A stretch of DNA of 64,000 nt from Chrysomallon squamiferum (Eukaryota; Animalia; Mollusca), in contig CM022678.1 in the NCBI GenBank assembly GCA_012295275.1, positions 16,926,001 to 16,990,000 on the forward strand. The letters are read 5' to 3'. This document shows, piece by piece, positions 27,798 through 42,400 of this stretch. The position numbers and the translations under genes were made by a program. A model generated the notes under the pieces. It made no database searches. It was not told the origin of the DNA and saw only the letters and a program-made list of their open reading frames with translations. Within the stretch, counting starts at the first letter, position 1. The number at the start of each line of letters is the position of its first letter.

Positions 27798-30700
27798 CTG
27801 AAAAAAAAAATATAATAAAAATGGAAAATAAAATATATATATATAAGTATTTAGTTAAAATATCAAGTCTTACACTGAAATGTACATAACGAAGCAATCA
27901 GACAATAGCTATCACAGTGGTTGACCAATCAGAAATTAACTGTCACTGTAGATAACCAATCAGAAACTGGTATCAAAATAGTATGTATGTTTGTATGTAT
28001 TTACGTATATTGAATACTTACATTCGTTGTGCCTACTATTTGAAGGCGAAATGCAGATCCCATTAGCATTACATACAGCGCAGTTGTCACTGCATCGATT
28101 TGAGCACGTCGGTCCATAGAACGACTTTACACATCCGTGTATACACGTTCTGTTGTTTTGATGACATGCACTTCCCAGACAGTTAGCGGGGCATGATTTG
28201 TTGCAATAGACACCATGGTAACCAGAGAGGCAGCCATGAAGACATCGTCCTGAAAGCTGATGACATGTTTCTTTACAATTCCTAGGGCAGAACTCGCTGC
28301 AATGTTCTCCCTTTCTTCCGCTGACACAAACCGCCCTGCACTCAACATAATCGGAGATATTTTCACACCGAACACTTCGACAATATGAGCCACAAGAATA
28401 GTTGCAAAATGCCCCGTAAATATCAGAGTCGCTGCACCCGTTCTTACATTTCCCAGTTGTGCGATCACACGTAGAATTCAGACAACGCTGAGGACAGATT
28501 TTGTCGCAAGTGTCTCCGTAATATTCACCAGAAACGCAGCCATCCGTACACGATCCGTTTTCCCTATTACATTCTTGATGTAGACAGTTCGCGCTGCATT
28601 TCTTTGAGCAGTCCATTCCGAAAAACACATCTTTGCAACCTAGAGAGCATTGCCCGGTTCTGTTACACGAATTTTTTAGACAGTTATTAAAACAACGAAA
28701 CTGACAAGTTTGACCCCACGATCCTTCTGGGCATTCTGAACACTCTCCCGTCTTTTTGTTGCAGACTTTGTCTTTACATCCGTCTGGACACCCTTTGTCG
28801 CATTTTGGACCAAAGAACCCAGAACAACACACACCGATGCAGTCACCTTTCTCGTCCGTGTTATTACAGTGCTGCTGACAACGTGGTCCAGAGAATCCAG
28901 ACGGACAACGTTCACAATCACCCGTCCATCTGTAACATATTTTATCCAAGCATCTGTCACTACAGGTCTTATTACAATCTTGACCATGTGTTTTGTTACT
29001 GGAACAAAATATATTACATTTTTCTTTGTAACTTGGTGAATGTTTTGTGTCTGTGACAGAACAGGAAAGACAGCTATCGCCATCACCATGGTAATAACCC
29101 TCAGAACACCCCTCATCTAAAAATAGAATTACTCGTATTAATTTACAGGGAATTAGAGGAGGCTGTGTGTGCACTGCTACCACATTTGCAGTAATTAAAA
29201 GATAAACTGACAGAGTAGATACAAGGATTGGGTGCTCGAGTAAGTGAAATTAACTATGTTGACTTACTGAAATTAAAACAGAAATAGTGTGTCTCAAAAC
29301 GAATGTGTACAAAAAGAAAAATCGTTATATTACACAAATTAAAAATGTTCATGTTTTTGTGACTGTGTTGTCTTTGGTGTGTGCATGTTCGTATGTGTGT
29401 GTACACTCACATAATTAAACTGCCAGCCGTTACGTTATATATATATCTGTCATTTCAAGTATATCTAGTATACTCGTATACGAAGTATTACGTGTATCCA
29501 TGAATCGTATCTTAACATATCTGTAACCTGAACACATTTCCTACTTATACAAAATATCCTGCCTAATACGTAGCTTTCCTTTGTATGCTATTATCTGTCA
29601 TGCGTAATTATCCTACCTAAAATATGCCTACTGTCATGGAATTCAGAATAACATATCCAGTGTGCTTGTTTTCTGCATACATAACTTCCTAATATATCCG
29701 TTCATATATGGTAACAGTTCTAGCTGACATTTGTATGATTCTTCTATCCTTGTTAACTATCCATATTTAACATACTAAATAGTCTGTGTATCTGTGCTTA
29801 CATAATACAACTATCCTCTGTATATTTATATTTTTACTAGCATATCAACTGTTTTGTGTATATCTCCTTACTTAACACATGAACTATCATATATATCTAT
29901 CCTGCTACTATTGATTCTGCTCTCCTGCAACCGTGATAAATTTACCTGTACAAACTTGACAAGTCTTCAAACAGTCCTTTGCCGTTTCGTGTTCATTGCA
30001 GAGTTCAAACGAACATAGCTCTGATTTGTCAATACATGTGAAACACTCAATTGAAACTGAAGAAGTTGAAAAAAACTTTATATGAAATATTGTTCACAAC
30101 GTAAATGTATACATACAAACATAGAAACATACACACCCACAGAAACATGCTAGTTAACACACAAATATTGTATATACTTACATTGTAAAATGAATATACA
30201 TATATATACATACAAACACACGCAGGAGTGCAAAATTTTATGCGGTGTAAAAAAATATATATGCATATATATTTTATTTTTCTAAATTTTTATTTTATCT
30301 CCATAACAGACTTGTTCAGTTACCATACAAATTATTGTCATTAAGTTGATAGTTGACGAATCCCGAATCGCTACGTTTAACACGTAACCAACCAAATTTT
30401 ACGACTGAAAGCGTTGAATTATATTTAAACGTATAGACCTACATAACCTGGGAGAATGTCTGGAGGCGGGTGAGTGTTTAGAGGCTTCTACAAGTGTTTG
30501 ACCGCGTAATTGCTAGAAGCTTCAGTTTAACTGTGTTTTACTATATTTAAAATATTCCTCTTTCTAATCATATATTTATGAAAAGAGTCCGTTGCTCGGA
30601 ATTTTAAGAAAGTGTTTTTATAAAAGTTTTTTTATTTTTTGCTGCTTTTGGTAAGTAAAAACATTTCATACGGCGTGTCACGTATAAGTGTAAAGACCGC

Positions 30701-33655
30701 GGTTTGAATTTCCACCACATTTGATGTAAGGAGGTTGAAATTAACGGATAAAGGAATCATCTTTTTGTCGCATTTTCAAACTTCACAATTTTAAAAATTA
30801 GTATGAATTTGTTTCTTTTTTCTTTTTCTTTTTCTATTTTTTAAATTCTTTTCATTATTATTTTTTATTTTTTATTTTATTTATTTTATTTATTTATTTT
30901 TTATTTTTTGAGTTTTTGATAATAAGAGATCCTATGGGATTGACATCAATCAAATCGTGGGTCACCCTAAGTATGAACCCTATAAAACTAGTCAAATGAT
31001 TTCCAAAATTGTGAAATCTGTATTTTTTACTTTTCTGTTAAACAATTGACAGGCATATACATTAAAAGAAGAAGAAATAAAAGGGCTTTACATGACTTGG
31101 GGCCTCTGCGATCTACCACTAAAGGCAAAGCGTCCACAGTAGTCAGATCAAACGCCTACTGATGGACTCTAGTGCAAGAGTTAACGACCTCTCGTTTAGA
31201 GCAAAAGGATACGTCCTGTACGTCATGACGTCACTGCTCCAGTTATTTTTAAACTACTTATTGCTTGTGATAAAAAATGTCCTTTGATCTCCATAACTGA
31301 TTCACTTACCATACAAATTAGTGTCATGAAGTTGAGAGTTAACGAATCCCAAATTATTATGTTTAACATGACCTTGATTGTAATTAACAAAAATAAATTT
31401 TGCTTAAACGAATCAAATTTATTATTGCATTCTAAAATTTTTATTTAAACGTATAGACCCACATAACTTGGAAGAATGTTTGGAGGTAAATGAGTGTTTA
31501 GAGGCTCCTACATGTGTGTAACTTTGTGGTTGCTTTTAGCTTCAATTTCACTATGTTTCACTGTATATCGAATATTCAGTTTTCCAATGATATATTAATG
31601 GAAAGAGTCTAATGAAATAGTGAAAAAACTTTACTAAAACAAAAAAAGTACAACAAAAACGTAATTAATTATATAAAAAAGTAAGAGTCTGAATAAAATT
31701 TCTAAGTTATTTAATTTAGGAACACTAAGAACGGGAAATAAATTCTACAGCTCCATGTATTTTTATACCAAACATCCCGATTAAGCGACAGCTGTTTTTT
31801 AATAATTAGAAGTACGTACTTTTCGGAGCCGAGTCTACATGTGCAATATTGTATTTTTCTATGTTATAAATTGTGTGGGATGTAGAATTATATGTCATTT
31901 ATTTATAAAAATAACTACCAAGTTTACAGTTTAATTATCTGGATATTATATTTCTCTCTCCCACTTTTATAATTAAGGTGCCAGGTTATTTTTAACTCAA
32001 TAGAAATTAACTAATTTATTTTATGTGGCCTAAACATTAAATGTTTCTATATCAGAAAAAAACACAAGCAGGCGAGTACTCTCATACACACAAACACGAG
32101 CGCTCGCACACTCACACGATAAAAAACAAAAACAAACTAGAATACAATAATTGCCGAGGACATTTTTAATTCGACTTCAGTCCGCATGAATTGGATATCT
32201 CAGTGTAGTTGTAAATTCGTGAGCGAGAAAGTTATTGGAGTTGCAGTATCTGCTCTACTATACGTAACACACTATCTTAAAATGTTAAATAGTTTAAACG
32301 AAAAAATAAAATAAAAAATAACAATACAACTTAAACTTATCCAAAAAGTTCTAGAACGAATATCGTTTATGGTTCCTTCGGCCCCTGTCTATAGCTTCAG
32401 TTTGTTTGTAGCTTACGGGGAACAGATCGTATTTAAAAATAAACATGTTTCTCATATTTTCACAATGACATATGTCTATATTTAGAATAGAAGTCGTGTC
32501 AGGCCGGAAAATGTTTCCTTTACTCGAGAAGAGGTCATGGATACCGGTATAAAGACATCGCCTACATATTTTTAAACTGTGCTCACTGTTGTTAGTTAAA
32601 ATTAGATTTGCGGAGGAGGGGGATATTACAGACCTATTACCTTTATTTTTACTACTTTCTTAAACAACAGATTAAATTTCTATCTTGAAATGATATACTG
32701 TTTCACATTCAAGTAGCATTTAGGAAGGATTATTGTACAAATGACCACGTTTACCCATTATGTGGATAATAAAATCGAAATTATTATTGAATGTGCAAAA
32801 AAAAACAACTTGAATTGATTTCCATAGCTGACTTCTTCAAATACTACACAAATTGTTGTCATTAAGTTGTTAACTAACGAATCGCGAATCACTATGCTTA
32901 ACGCAACGTTCATTGTAATTAACGAATATACATTTTGCATAAATCAACTAATTGTTATTATTGTATGGTTTAAATTCGATTTGGATGCGTGTCAATGTTT
33001 TGAGACTGGTACACTACCAAGTTTACAATTTAATTATTTTAATATTATGTTTTCTTGTCAGACTTTTCTCATTAGCGTTCCCGGTTATTTTTAACACTAA
33101 AAAACTGATAATTTATTTTACGTGCCTAAATGTTTTGAGGCTAGTACAGCGGCTTCCATAGCCACGACATATCACGTGGTTCAGCAGAAAACACGCTCTG
33201 CTGACATAGCTCTCAGAGTGCTTGGACGTGAAGTTGCTTTAAGTTTCAATTTCACTGTGTTTTACTCGATATAAAATATTAATCTTTGTAATGAAAAAAA
33301 ATGTATTTATATAAATATATGTATCTATATAAATAGATGGATACATATATTAATATTATAAATTGTGTGCGATGTAGAATTATATTTAATTCACATTTTC
33401 TGAATCCTATATTTTCCTGTCCTCTCATTAGATTGTCAGATTATTTTTAACACGAAAAAAGCCCAATAAAGTTATTTAATGTGGCCTAAACATTTAGGAG
33501 CTTCTAAAAAATTTAACACACAAAAACACACGCGCTTACGCACATACAAACCTCACACGCAAATGCTGCACACAGATTCAAATACATGTTTAAACAATTC
33601 AAAAACACTTACCTGTCTGCGATAAAACAAAGAGTAGAATTGTCATCGGGGACAT
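27704..33655 (-). CDS. Copy B: type I membrane receptor ShKT-(EGF)~10-TM, with the 3' end lost at the gap; exons 33655-33613, 30056-29946, 29116-28022, 27797-27704
   Basis: GT-AG junctions with compatible phases (1,1,1,2) and no stops: MSPMTILLFVLSQT / VSIECFTCIDKSELCSFELCNEHETAKDCLKTCQVCT / DEGCSEGYYHG...NSRHNE / LKFYFDGWTVMYGVIIFSILLSTSLAVWFILR. Confidence 0.82.
28022..29116 (-). CDS. 1095-nt exon of about 10 MEGF10/SREC-like EGF repeats (copy B)
   Basis: Ten G-x-x-C repeat closures (HGQDC, SGPRC, FGPKC, WGQTC, FGMDC, YGDTC, YGAFC, KGEHC, HGVYC, YGPTC) within ORF 27960..29183. Confidence 0.9.
29946..30056 (-). CDS. ShKT-like exon of copy B (111 nt, phase 1-1)
   Basis: CIDKSELCSFELCNEHETAKDCLKTCQVC with canonical splice sites. 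Confidence 0.8.
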
Positions 33656-34169
33656 TTTTAATTAAACTCCCGTCTGCGTGAATCGTTTATCTCAATGTTC
33701 TTGTAAATTCGTGAGCGAAAAAGTTATTCGAGTTCCAGTATCTGTTCTATACGGGACACACTATCTTAATATGTTTGATACTTTACACGTAAGTAAAAGA
33801 AAGAAACCAAAAAATACCTATTTTTTTCCAAGAAAACTAGAATGTGCTTTTGTTCATAGCGGTTTCTGTCCTACTTGCAGTTTCTGTTTCCTTGTAGGTC
33901 ATCGGATAAAAATAAACGTTTTCTCGTAGTTTACAATGACGAATGACTATATTTAGAACAGAGATCATGCTACACTGGAAATACTTCCCTTTGAATGTAG
34001 TTACGAATGTACACGCAATGATTCATGCGTACATGTATAGATACATACATACATACCTACATGAATATATACACGCAGAGATACATACATACATACATAG
34101 ATGCATATATATATATATATGAATGTATGTATATGTATGTATCTATGTACGTATGCATGTATGTATGTA

Positions 34170-34217
<48 letters not shown>

Positions 34218-34255
34218 CCTATAAGCACGTAGTAGGAGAGAAACACTAGTATTTT

Positions 34256-34286
<31 letters not shown>

Positions 34287-36418
34287 TTATTATTATTTTT
34301 TTTTTTACACTTATTTACAAAAGTATTACAATGAAAAGTATATTACTTTGGTGTATAAAAAAGAAGTAAAACACGCTGTTTTAAATGAAACAGGTTTTAA
34401 CTTTTCCTTTAATAGCTCAAACAATCAACATAAATGTGAGTGTTTAAACCAGCTGTCGATGTATAAAACACATTAACAGTAAATAAGGGTACTGACTTAG
34501 CAAGTTGAAAAGGTCGCCTACCTATCGCTATGTATCCGACATTGCTGGGTGGAGAGAACAAACTATACTTATGCGACTCAAATAACTTCATTGTCACCTA
34601 AGACAAGTATGCTATCCTTAAATCTAATTTGTTTTGATAATTATATAAAAAAATACCTCATATTCACACCAGAAATCTAGATTTTCTATCTGGTGCTGAG
34701 ATCGTGAAACAATTAATTTATATTTGTATATAATAGAAATGCACAAATCCCATTTAATTTATTTTGGAATGCTATGGGTGTTTTCTTTTTGTTTTATTCA
34801 ATAATTTACTTTATTCAATAATTTTGATTTCTTATTTAAAATAGAATGAAATATACGGATTTAAAAACAATTAAATTTCGTTTATTATTATTAGTATTTT
34901 TGGCTATTTTAAACCGGTAATTTCAAAAACTATAGTTATACATTAGAATAATTCAATACATTTTTTTTTTCTAAATAAACACATACAAAATATATTAAAT
35001 GAAGACAAATTAAATGAAATTTAATAATCCAATTAAAATAGAATGAAATAAATGGAAATGAAAAAAAAAAAAAAAAAAAAAAATTAAATAACTGAAATTA
35101 AAGTAAGGAAAACAGAGCCTGTATATCTGTTTCTGTATATTAAGATTTCACTGATCAGTACAATGTCTGTGTACCACGTGTTTCTACTATATTAAGTGCT
35201 TGTGTTGTATGCCCAGTAAGAACGTAATTTTACTGGAATCTTCTCTACTGAAGGAATGTCAAGGATTATGCGTGTACACACACACGAATGACGATATATA
35301 TACACAAAAAATATATACACATATAAAGACACAGACACACATATACACATACAAAAAAATAGAACAAGCAGGCAAACACACAAACACCCGACATAACACC
35401 CCCACCTGAACGAACACACGCATACATAAAAACACAAAGCACACAAATGTAAACATACATATAAATACGTATATATATATATATACGGATGTACGTACAC
35501 AAAAACATACACAAACAGAGAGAAAGCGACGCAGAGAGAGGAACAGAGAGATAGAGAGATTAAGAGAGAGAGAAATAAAGAGAAAGACAGACAGTTAAAC
35601 TTACTTATGCACACACAGGCATATAAACTCAATATTACATGAAGTTACAAATATTATTCGTTGTAAAAAGAAAATTGAAATATTTTGCTTTCTCAGTTTC
35701 CAAATGGCCTTCCTGAAACTCCTTCATATAATTTTTTACATTTCACTCGTCATTAAAGATGTTTTATTTAGACTTAATATAAGTGTCTTAAAATATTTTT
35801 AAAAGTCTTTTCTTTTCAAATATGCAAAGTACCATCCTAGATATTACCCATGATTCGAATGAAGCTGACACTAACTTGAAGATTAGTTTTGACTTTGTTC
35901 ACATTCTTCACTTTATCCATTACTTGAGCAGCTATCTTAATTAAACAAATGTCTTCTTTCTTGTGGACCCAAATTTCTCTCAAATCTAAATATATTTTGT
36001 ACATTTTATGGAAAGCAGTTTTATTTAGGCAAAAAATATGTGTCTCAAAAATGTGTTTAAGGCTTTCCTTTTTAAAAATGGCTGCTCTAGATAAGTTTTC
36101 AGTTTGTTTGCATTAGTCATTGTAGGAGGAGCCATCTTAATTACAGAAATGTCTTCTTTCTTCTGGACTCAAGTTTCTGTCATCACAAAAGTTTAAATAT
36201 CACTGAATTCAAAAATTCAGCAACAAATTATTTCTCTTCATTCTGTATTCCATTTACAGTGTACTGCTATTACTTTCTGTTCTTTTCAATCAAAATGTTT
36301 TCTCCTTTATAATTCCTGACATCTGGATTACGGAAATGTTCAGGTTGATAAAATGAACAAAACCTGTTTTTTAAAATTGTTTTTTTAATATTTTCTTCCT
36401 GTTTGCTGTCAGTTTCTG

Positions 36419-36496
36419 TCAAATCACTCTCTCTGAAATGATATTGAATGACAGCAACCATTCCAACATAAGTTGATAAATAAAAGTGTACTGCAT
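36419..36496 (-). pseudogene. Terminal PTP exon MQYTFIYQLMLEWLLSFNIISERVI*
   Basis: QYxFIY motif, phase-0 acceptor, then a stop, so there is no D2 domain. Confidence 0.85.
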
Positions 36497-37095
36497 CTGT
36501 ATTGAAAAATAAAAAAAATAGATTGTGTAAACAAAGAAACAAACAATAAAAAATCTCACATCAAACACATAAAGGAATACTACTACTACTACTGCTACTA
36601 CTACTACTACTACTACTACTACCATTAGTACTACTACTACTACTACCACTAGTACTACTACTACTACTACCACTAGTACTACTACTACTGCTACTACTAA
36701 TAATAGTAATAATGATAAAAACGCCAGCAATAACTTACGTGTCGTAGCATTAGCAGTAAATACAACTAAAACAACAACAATGATCATAAAAGACACAGCA
36801 ATATAATTAAAAAAATAAAAATAATTTTGCAAAACACCTTAATGCAATCGAAAATATCAAGATTAATATATTTTTTTGTATTTTAAACTCTCTATAAATG
36901 GGAGAAGCACATTATTTATATGGTCATTATATATAATCAGCAAAGCTTCGATAACATACTAAACTGGTTTAACAAATCATACAGACATGATTTTAATTAC
37001 AGTAATATCAACTGGATATTCCACTGTTTCCTGTACAGTGACTGGGTTTAAAAAATAGAAATGTTTCTAAAAAGCAGATCAACCAGAATACTCAC

Positions 37096-37231
37096 AAAAG
37101 TTTGCATCATTTGAGTTCGTTTTTTTCTTAAACGTGCCACACAACCAACTACATCAAGTCTTCCAATGGTCAGTGCCTGGTCAAGAATATAATCTATAGC
37201 TATGAAACTACCTGTCCTTCCAACACCAGCA
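37096..37231 (-). pseudogene. Classical PTP signature exon (S)AGVGRTGSFIAIDYILDQALTIGRLDVVGCVARLRKKRTQMMQTF
   Basis: 136 nt, phase 2-0, ctccag acceptor and gtgagt donor. It carries the second half of the HCSAGxGRTG motif and the Q-loop. Confidence 0.92.
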
Positions 37232-37689
37232 CTGGAGTGAAAACAATTTTAATAATTTTACAACTGAACTTCTCATGAGCTTGTCAAGAAAGAAAACAAC
37301 AGCAAGAAGTAAAAAGAAAATATATTCTAATGTACATTAATTAGAAAATTAATATAGTAATGCGTGGTTCAAAAGATAAACTGAAAATATAAATTACTAT
37401 TTAGTAATTTGTAATGAAAAACCCGAAAATACACAAATACAACAATTATTAGCAAGCATTTTATTACAAAAATGTGACCAAATTACAGTTTATTATTTGT
37501 TCAAAAAATCTTCATGATAATTACAGCTTACTTGCTGAAGTGGCTTAACGAACATTGCTCAGTAATGAAATTTTCGTTTATGCATAATTTTATCATTAGT
37601 ATAGGATTTCGAGAAATACAACTTTATTAACAACTATCAAAAGAAAAACAGGTAATTTCATTTATTGTTTGTGAATACCCATCCATACA

Positions 37690-37818
<129 letters not shown>

Positions 37819-38793
37819 AAGTATAAACACGGAATATGTTTATGAATTATTTTTAATGATCAGTATTTGAGATAGAAGAAAAAAGTTTTCGGATTACAGA
37901 ATTTTGGATAACTGATCTTCAACCGGTAAGAACAAAAGCTAATAATAACATCAACCAGAGAGACCTCAAAAACAATGACATAATATTTCACGTTTTTACT
38001 TACATGGTTTTATATTTGTGTATCTATTTTTAGGAATACTTACACACTTCTTTGCAGCGTCGGTAGGATATAAATGTATTTTCTGTAATAACTGAAAAAA
38101 GGATCCGTTATTTATTTTTTGTTTGTATTATAATGTATGACTGACCTTTGTGTGTATGTGATTAAGCATGTATAAATTATAGATAACATCAACTTTTACA
38201 AGGACAGTAAGTGAATGAATACAGTAATTAATGAATTAATAACATAATTCACTGCTTTTAACGCTACCAAATAATTATAATATTAAACATCAGTAATTAA
38301 TCATTCCATAAATTAGAAGAACAAAATAATGGTGATAATAATAATAATAATAAAATAATAATAATAAATAATAATAATAATATAATAAATAATATGGTAA
38401 TGAAAATGTTTAATATCAACACTTTCATGGCACGATATCGCTCGTGTTGTTTGCAGAGTCAGATCTAAGACGTGGGTAACGCGGTTTTTCAACAACAATG
38501 TTTTGATTTTAAATAAGTCATCATCATCAGTTGGTAATTTTGTCATCCACAGTCATGACACAGGAGGTGGTGGGTTGCCATGACAACGGACGATGTCAGG
38601 TTTGCTCTGCCTGATTCCTGAAATTAAAAGTTATCTTTAAAGGAGTGAACCAATCATTCAATCATGCACGTATTCGATATTTTTTCACGACACCTATTCA
38701 ATATTAAGTGTTTTCTAAGTTTTAACCTATACATCACAACATTAGCAAAATATTACTAAATACTTCTCATTATTTCAACGACTTAATATCATC

Positions 38794-38854
<61 letters not shown>

Positions 38855-39429
38855 GATAGCTGTTCCTGCTGCTGTTTGTTAATGGTGGCGGTGATGATGT
38901 TGGTTCTTGTTGCTGCTATGTGTTTCTGTTGATATTGGCTTTTTTGTGTTGCTATAATTGTTGTTGTTCTTGTCTCCATCATTAAGACCTTATTAATTAA
39001 ATTACAAAACCTGGTTCCATTTCCACGTGATGCATCTGGTTAACAGGTGCTCGAATCACGCCTTTCTTACGGCGTCGTACACGTTGTTGTTTCTTTCTAG
39101 ATATCTTTTTCCCTTTTCTAGATACAGAAATTAAGATATTAGTATATAATCACAGTTTTTGTTAATGTTATTGCTATTGTTGTTAAATGAAGTTTTAATT
39201 ACTATCTTCATCATCACCATCATCATTATCGTCGTCATCGCCATTATTATTCTTATTATTATTATTACTATCATCCACTTTGTAAATATACATCAACATT
39301 TCACACTATATACACATTCTTAGAGAAACTGATTATTGTTTACAATGATAACTGATTTTCATATTCTTGTTATTGTTGTTGTTATTACTGTACTTAAAAT
39401 ATAAACATAAACGTAAACATAAGAATACC

Positions 39430-39490
<61 letters not shown>

Positions 39491-42400
39491 GTAATAGTAA
39501 TAATAATAAGAAGAACAATAATAATAATAATGATAATAAATAATAAATAAATAAATATATAAATAATAAATAAAGAAATAAAAACAATAAAGAAATAAAG
39601 AAAGAAAGAAAAAAGAAAGAGATAAAGAAATGCCACAAAATAATAATAATAAAATTAATAAAATAAAATAAAATGAAACAAAATAATACCTGAAGATAAA
39701 CCACACTGGAAAAAATATACTCAACGAAATCGAAAATATTATCACTCCATAGATAATTGTCAACGAGTCGACATCAAAGGAGGAATTACCTGTAGAAAAA
39801 AATAATATATACAAAAATATAATTTACGTTAAAATAGTTTGCTATCGTTATGTAGTAGCACAACAATTAACTAATCAGATTCTTCCGATCAAAATAGCTT
39901 ACTAATACAATATATTTACACAAGAGATAACCAGTCTGAACCTTGTTATCACAATAGTTAACTAATCATAATATGGAAACAATAACCAATCATTCAGATT
40001 GTGGAAAACAAATAACGACAGTTTGATAAGTTGCCTCCTATTAGAAGAAATTTCATCTTTAATTTTCTAGTTGTATTTACTTATGTAAATATGTGTTTGT
40101 AAATACATGTATGTATGTGTGTGTTCGTGCGTGCTGAAAAGGTACGTAGACGGTGCCTATCTTCTGAGGACAAAATTTAGTCGTCATTAGCATCACATAC
40201 AGCGCAGTTGTCACTGCATCGATTTCAGCACGTCGGTCCATAGAACGATGTTAGACATCCAACTATACACGTTCTGTTGTTTTGATGGCATGCACTTCCC
40301 AGACAGTTAGTGTGGCATTATTTGTTGCAGTAGATATCATAGTAACCAGAAAGACATCCATGAAGACATCGTCCTGAAAGCTGATGACATGGTCCTTTAC
40401 AATTCCTAGGACAGAAATCGCTGCAGTTTTGTCCCTTTCTTCCGCTGAAGAAAACCACATTTTGCACAATGTAATCGGATGAACACAGTTCATTCCGAAA
40501 ATTATAATTTCGTAACCGTGAATGCACTGCCAGGTTTTATTACAGGAATTTGCTAGACAGTTATTTGAACAACGAAGCTGACAGATTTCCACCCAAAATA
40601 CGAAATACTCGTGTAACCGTCAGCATAGTAATAAACTTCAGAAGATCCCTCAACTAAAAATAAAATTACTGTTAATAATCTACAAAAAATAAAAATAACC
40701 TGCGCAACCATGATATTCTAGATATCTATTCCGCCTAATATATCTTTCAAACTGGTGTTCAAAGTATCATGTCTAGCTATCCCATATTAGCATAGGTGGA
40801 AACCACTACTCATATCGTACTTAAAATGCAAGCTATCCTGCGTAATATATAGCTTACCTTTATGTGCTATTAGATAACCTGCCTATTTGTCCTAAACTAT
40901 GTGCACTATCATGGAATTCTGAACAAGATATCGAGTAGGCTTCCTAATATGTCCGTTCCTAAGTATTTATCTTACCTCACATCTCTATTTTACCGTATAT
41001 CCCGCTTTCATTTTACTACTCTAGTATCCTGTCTTCGTGAAACCGCATGTTAAAGTACCAAGTATGCTGCGTATCTATCCATATTATACATACCAGCTAT
41101 GCTCTCTCTAACTATGCTAAAAATACGAACTATCTTATATACGTTTCTAACCTGCGTGTTTGCACTTGCCTAAGATACCAACTATCCTTTGTATAATTCC
41201 TTTCTTAATATACCAACTATCCTGTATATGATAACTTTCTTAACATACCAACTATCCTGTAGAGGATTCATTTCTCAACATTATTCTGTATGTTAATTCT
41301 TACTTCTATCAAGCATCCTGTGTAGCTTTCCTTTCTTAACTTACCAACTGTCCTGAGTATCTATCCTGTTCCTCTTGAATTTACTTGTAAGAGCTTCACA
41401 AGTCTTCACAAAGTCAATTTTTGTTTCAGTCGTACAGTTTTCTGGGGAACATAGCTCTTAGATGTCTTCAGATGCGAAATTCTTAAGTGAAAGTGAACAA
41501 GTTGAAAAAAAACTTTATATCAAACACTATACATGATATAGAACAATACAGACATGCAGACATACATATAAACATACGTACATAAATACATACATATAAA
41601 CATACACACTCATGCACACACAAAGACGCACATATATATACGTACATACATACATACATTCAAATGTACATCTATGTATATATACATTCATACATACATA
41701 TTTACGTACGTTAGTACATTGTTTAGATTACAACATTATTTTCTGAGTATTTTTATTTATTTATTATTATTTCTGTTCTTATTTTTAAACTTTATCTTGT
41801 TGTTATTTTTGTTGGTGTTATTCTTGTTATATTGTGACACCGACATCATGTCCCTTAGCAGGTGATATCTGTGTCTTTCTGCTCAAAGACAATTTAGAAC
41901 AATGCCATGTATCCATTTTTCACGTATCACTGACTTTCAACAGTGAAAAGTTGGAACATCCATCAAAACACAGTAATTTAAGAATTAAGGCTTTAAACCT
42001 AAACAGCAGTATTAAAGTCTAACTAAAAGTTTAAATAATTATTCATCAAAGTTTAGTGATTAAAAATTCAACGGTTCCTCAATATGACGTAAGCACACGT
42101 TCCCGAAATTCGCTCTCGCTTGTGAAGCAGAGCTCATATTGAAAATAGACTTCCTCCTTAACAGAAAAGATACTATTACTTTTAGGAAAATGTCAGCTAT
42201 TGTTGACAGCTAGTTGTGCTATTACTGGTATGTTACGGGTGTCATTTGAGAAGATTTATTTCAGCTCGACACACTGCCAGTTCCGGATACAGGTTAGGAA
42301 CTCACCAAAGTTTAATGCTTATGAAGTAAGAATGTGTTTCCGAAATCTCTCTCGCGTCTGCAGGAAATTGAGTCTTCCAGCATTGTGTCGCTGTACTTTG

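Noticed and set aside
36419-37231. Assigning a vertebrate gene symbol (PTPRK, PTPRA, MEGF10, SCARF1)
   Set aside because: The similarity is at domain level only. The architecture differs and orthology cannot be shown from this window.
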